From the human T2T-CHM13v2.0 reference genome, Homo sapiens, in assembly GCF_009914755.1 (NCBI RefSeq), contig NC_060930.1: a DNA stretch of 64,000 nt; one strand, given 5' to 3'. This document shows positions 59,940 to 64,000 of this stretch, one piece after another (position 1 is the stretch's first letter; the number at the start of each line of letters is the position of its first letter). The translations under genes were made by a program, and so were the position numbers. The notes under the pieces are model-generated. The model was given only the letters and a program-made list of their open reading frames with translations. It was not told where the DNA came from and did not search any database.

Positions 59940-60191
59940 ATAAGAAACAGGAGGAGGGAGCAGTGGTAGAGGGGCCTCTCTGCAAGGGGTGCCGGAGGCG
60001 ACTGCAGTGAGGTGTTTCCTGGTGAGTGGGTCAGATCAGCTCACACAGTGGGGATGAGCTCACAGAGAGTGGGCTGAGAGCAGACCAGGAGTGCACAGGT
60101 GGCTGCCCTGTCAGCCTTTTCCGGGAGTGGTGGTGGCGCTTGCAACAACTGCTCTGGCTTTGTCCCCTGCTGACCCAGTGCCAGCAGTCTT
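59940..60191 (-). pseudogene. Exon remnant ~PKD1 exon 25 (GPS motif)
   Basis: WSALSPLSVSSSPLCELI*-/LTRKHLTAVASG (60087-59990) ~ WRTEGLLPLEETSPRQAVCLTRHLTAFGAS; then LLPPPVSYVL~LFVPPSHVRFVF. Confidence 0.8.
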
Positions 60192-61255
60192 CTGCATTTA
60201 CCCCAAGTTCATCTGCACCCCTTTCTTCCCCAGCCTTACCCCTCACTCCCTTCCACGAGAGGCAGTATGAATAGACACTAAGTGTGGCATCCAAAAAGCC
60301 TCAAGCTCTGAAGAAGAGCCATATAACCCCCCTGCACCTTGATTTCTCCATCTGTAGAATGAGTAGGAGAATACTTACCTGCTCTATGCCTCAAATGAAA
60401 TGCTTATGAAAAATTGCTACTAAACCATCATGCATACGGTACTCATGTTAGTTTTCTTTAGCCTCCCAGCTTATTTATTTCTTGTCTTCCTCATCTTTGC
60501 TTACCTGCCCCTTTACAAATCTGCTGTAATATGGGCAAATCATATTTGTAAAAATGCAATTAAGACAAATATAAAGGTTCAACCCCTGAAAAGAGGTAGC
60601 TTTGTGCTTATGTGTATAAACCAAAACCAAAATCTTATTTTTGTTCAAAATTTCAGGGCATTACAGATATTTTGCTTTAGGACATAAAAATATTACTTAC
60701 AACTGATTGAAACAGGTCACACTAATTTTGTGTCAGATCGCCTTTGTTGGGTGCAGGAGATGATGTTTCTTCAACAGATCTAAGCACCGTGGGTGGCTTT
60801 TACTAAAGTGGGGTCCCAGGTTGCTTCGTGAGGTGATTCTAAGTGCGAGTGGGAATTGTTCTAGACCAGCTTTACACCTCCTGCCCCCCAAATTTCTCTC
60901 TCTTGCCTACTTGTGATCCCTAAAATGTCACCATCAATTAAATAAGGCAAGAGTACCAGGCTAGAATGACAAGCAATGTTCTCTCATGGACATGATTTAA
61001 CTCTAGCTCATGTCCAACTTAGAACAACTTTCTAGAAGATAGTACAGAAGAGAACAACTATTTATGCATCTGACACAGAAGAGGGAGTGGTTAAAAGATT
61101 TTTGTGAACAAAAAGAGGAAGGAAGCAGTTAGACACTGCTTCTGGCCTCAAAGAGTTTCTGAGGTTCGAAGGGGCGCGCTTACTCATGCTTACTCCAGAG
61201 TCGGGCTTCTGTCTGGTGTGGGCTTCCCTGGACAGGTACAGTAAGAGTGCCTTAC

Positions 61256-61404
61256 CTGGCCAGCCAAGAAGACAACAGAGGGTGCTGGACATCTGCGTGG
61301 GGGAGATGGGTGGGAGAGGTGGAGTCACCTCAAAGGAGGAGAAAGCACTGCCGTGTAAGGCGGGATGTTCTCTAATGCTATCACCACATATGGCTGAACT
61401 TGGT
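61256..61404 (-). pseudogene. Exon remnant ~PKD1 exon 24 (GAIN)
   Basis: tacag| acceptor and strong |gtaagg donor; [14 protein letters not shown]~EPEPYLAVYLHSEP; ends ADVQHP...AR in phase 2 like GADHRP...PG. Confidence 0.75.
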
Positions 61405-61445
61405 CTGTATGTATTAGATAGACAAGTAGGAGGTGCCATCTCCTA

Positions 61446-61790
<345 letters not shown>

Positions 61791-62499
61791 CCCAGCTACC
61801 TTTTCTTGCATACGTACTCTGTGTCAAGTACTATTCAAAGTCCTTTACATTTAAGCCTTACAGCAACTCTTTGAGGGAGGTCTATTTGCTCTTCCCATTT
61901 CACAGATGAGAAAACGGAAGCCTGGAGCCATTAAAGTAGCTGCTGCAGGGCTCTCAGCAAGTAGATAACAGAACCAAGATTTGAACCCAGGCCCTCGGAC
62001 TCCAGGGGTTCACTCTCTTAGCCAGAAGCTGAGTCCCCTGTGCTGTGGTTTACGTAAGGCCCACAGAATGGTCCCTCTTCTCGGACACTGACACAGCCAG
62101 AACTACATCCTGACCCATCTTGTGCTCACCTGCCAGCCCCCGGGATACGGCATGGCTGCGGCTCATTTCTCTTTCATTCTCCCAAAGGCCACAGATGTTT
62201 TAGGGAGTGCCCACAGCAAGGAGCTGGCCAGGGGGGACTGGCTTCTCCACTCCCCTCCATCCTGAGATAGGAGCAGTTCTTAAAACCACCAATGGGGAAG
62301 GGCCAGCAGGACCCAGTGGCCCTGTGCCCAGAACCAGGCCCTTCTGACCCTCCCAGGGAGGCACACAGGGTGACAATTCATCACACCAAGGCTTTCCAAC
62401 AGCTGCTTCTCTTCAGACATATGCACCTGTGCACATACACATGTGCCCACACATGCAGACATGCACACACACATAAACACACATGCACGCACCCAGGGA

Positions 62500-63445
62500 A
62501 CAGAGTCATGTAGTGACTCAGCCTCTCCCCCAGTGTCTACACAAGGAAGATGGAAGGTGTTCCTTTGTGCTGACGTGACTGAACCGCCCATCTCTGTATA
62601 ATTTATGGGCCTCCGTTCCCTCTTGCACTGGAAAGGTAGGCTCCCCTCCCACCTTCTACTCAGGGCCCTGGCGCTGTGGAGAATGAGGCTTCCTCTCAGT
62701 TTTGAGATATAGTGAATGCAAAGAAGAGGCCGGGCTTGCATGCTCCTCGAGATGCTCAAGTAGGTAGAAGCTGTCAACCTGGAGGCTAGGGGCCCACGGT
62801 CCTTCCCTGACTTTGGTAATTATCTGAGTCCCTAAGATGAGCTCCAGGAGAATAGGGGCAATCTTTTGTCCATTTTTACATCTCCAAATCCTGGAATAAG
62901 GACTGGCGTATGGGAAGGAGGAAGGATGGATGGATGAGTCACGCACCACCCTGCCTTCACGGGGCTTACACTCTCTCCCCGTGGAGACAGGAGGAGGAGA
63001 CAAGGGCACTTCTCACGAGACATGGGGGGCCCTCAGGTGGTGAGGGGGGTTGGACCACAAAGAAAGGACATCTGGTGGGCAGGCTAAGGGAGACTAAACA
63101 TTCTTGGAGACAGCATTAGAGGTGGCCGTGCAGGACTGGTAGGATTACCTTAGGCAGAGGAACAGGCGTGAACAAGACCTGCTGCAGGAAAGCATGCGAA
63201 CGTTCTGGAAACAGGAGGAACTTTCCTTTGGCTGGAGTACGAGGTGCACACAGAAGAACGACAGGACCCGGAGAAAGTGCGGTGTTGGGGCTGGGCTGGG
63301 AGGAGGGTGTGGCCAGGCTGGCGCGGGAAGCAGGAAGGCCGGGGTGAAGGGGTCTCCCTGCCTTCTGTGTTTTCCCTCCTGCCTTTCTCCTCTGGTTCCG
63401 AGAATCAATTCCTCTGTGCGAAGTGGATGAGGGGACTTTCCTAGC
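62500..63445. promoter_or_regulatory. Candidate inducible enhancer (AP-1, CRE-like, NF-kB motifs)
   Basis: TGACTCA 62514-62520, TGACGTGA 62571-62578, TGAGTCA 62935-62941, GGAACTTTCC near 63217, GGGGACTTTCC 63431-63441; locally GC/CpG-richer. Motifs only. Confidence 0.35.
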
Positions 63446-63480
63446 CTCCGATCTGCACTTGCAACTAGACTGAGTGGAGC
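62812..63480 (-). pseudogene. Exon remnant ~PKD1 exon 23 (REJ/GAIN)
   Basis: Acceptor gtcccag| at 63480. LSLVASADRR~LIHLASSDVR; GDPFTPA~EEPLTLA; GPVVLLCAPRTPAKGKFLLFPE~DPRSLLCYGGAPGPGCHFSIPE; TSNAVSKNV*S~ISNYTVSTKVAS; PGAHLRDSDNY~AGLHLQLNY. Confidence 0.75.
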
Positions 63481-63564
63481 CTGGGACAATGGCTTTCCGC
63501 TCAGAACCAGAAATCAGGCTCCAGGAAGGCACTCTCCTAGAGGAGGGAGAGAAGGTATTGTTAC

Positions 63565-63687
63565 CTATTTGTGGAAAGACTCCGTGGGGATTGTTACCAT
63601 CCTAATGACATCAAACTTCAGTGGGCTGCTCTCTTTTGTTAATGGCATAATCCTTTGTTCAGAACACACACACTGCACCCCCAGAAC
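63565..63687 (-). pseudogene. Exon remnant ~PKD1 exon 22 (REJ region)
   Basis: ttcag| acceptor at 63687 and |gtaac donor at 63565; VLGVQCVCSEQ...RMVTIPT resembles GPSRELVCRSC...GTVTPT. Confidence 0.5.
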
Positions 63688-63978
63688 CTGAATGATTCAA
63701 CTGGATGCGTAAGTGGGGAATGCGAAGTGTAAGAATCACTGGCAAGACCGCAGAGGATTCTGGGAATAAGGCCATTTAGTACAAACTATTCGCCAAGTAA
63801 AATATTAAAATGTTACAAATAAGGCCAAAGTCCCCTTTGACGGACCCCTGCTCCAGCCTCGGCCCTCCCCACATCCTCCCCCATCCTCTCTATCGAGTGG
63901 ACCTTCAATATCAGTCTGTCGTCTATACTTCCAGAATTTATTTCCATATATTTACAAATTTAGAAAATGCATACTTGT

Positions 63979-64000
63979 GGCTGGGCGCGGTGGCTCACGC
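63979..64000 (+). mobile_element. Alu 5' end (window edge)
   Basis: ggctgggcgcggtggctcacgc. Confidence 0.9.

Overview
Primate (human-like) genomic DNA, dense in Alu, L1, L2, MIR, CR1/L3, MaLR/ERV1 LTRs, MER5 and a near-complete Tigger1. I found no intact protein-coding gene; the long ORFs in the track are Alu/L1/Tigger artefacts or single frames of broken exons. The main result is a heavily decayed, multi-exon polycystin-1 (PKD1)-paralog pseudogene on the minus strand, from about 21.0 kb to beyond the right edge. About 20 exon remnants, read across stops and frameshifts, match human PKD1 exons 22-46 in collinear order: REJ/GAIN, GPS cleavage motif HL|T, TM1, PLAT, TM2-5, TOP domain, last TMs and C-terminal tail. 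Many keep AG/GT splice sites in the PKD1 phase. It is too diverged, and extends too far 3', to be a 16p13 PKD1P duplicate. My best inference is a unitary pseudogene of the fish gene pkd1b, probably at 17q22 between NOG and C17orf67. PKD1 peptides and exon structure are recalled from memory and aligned by eye, so they need tblastn/genewise confirmation.
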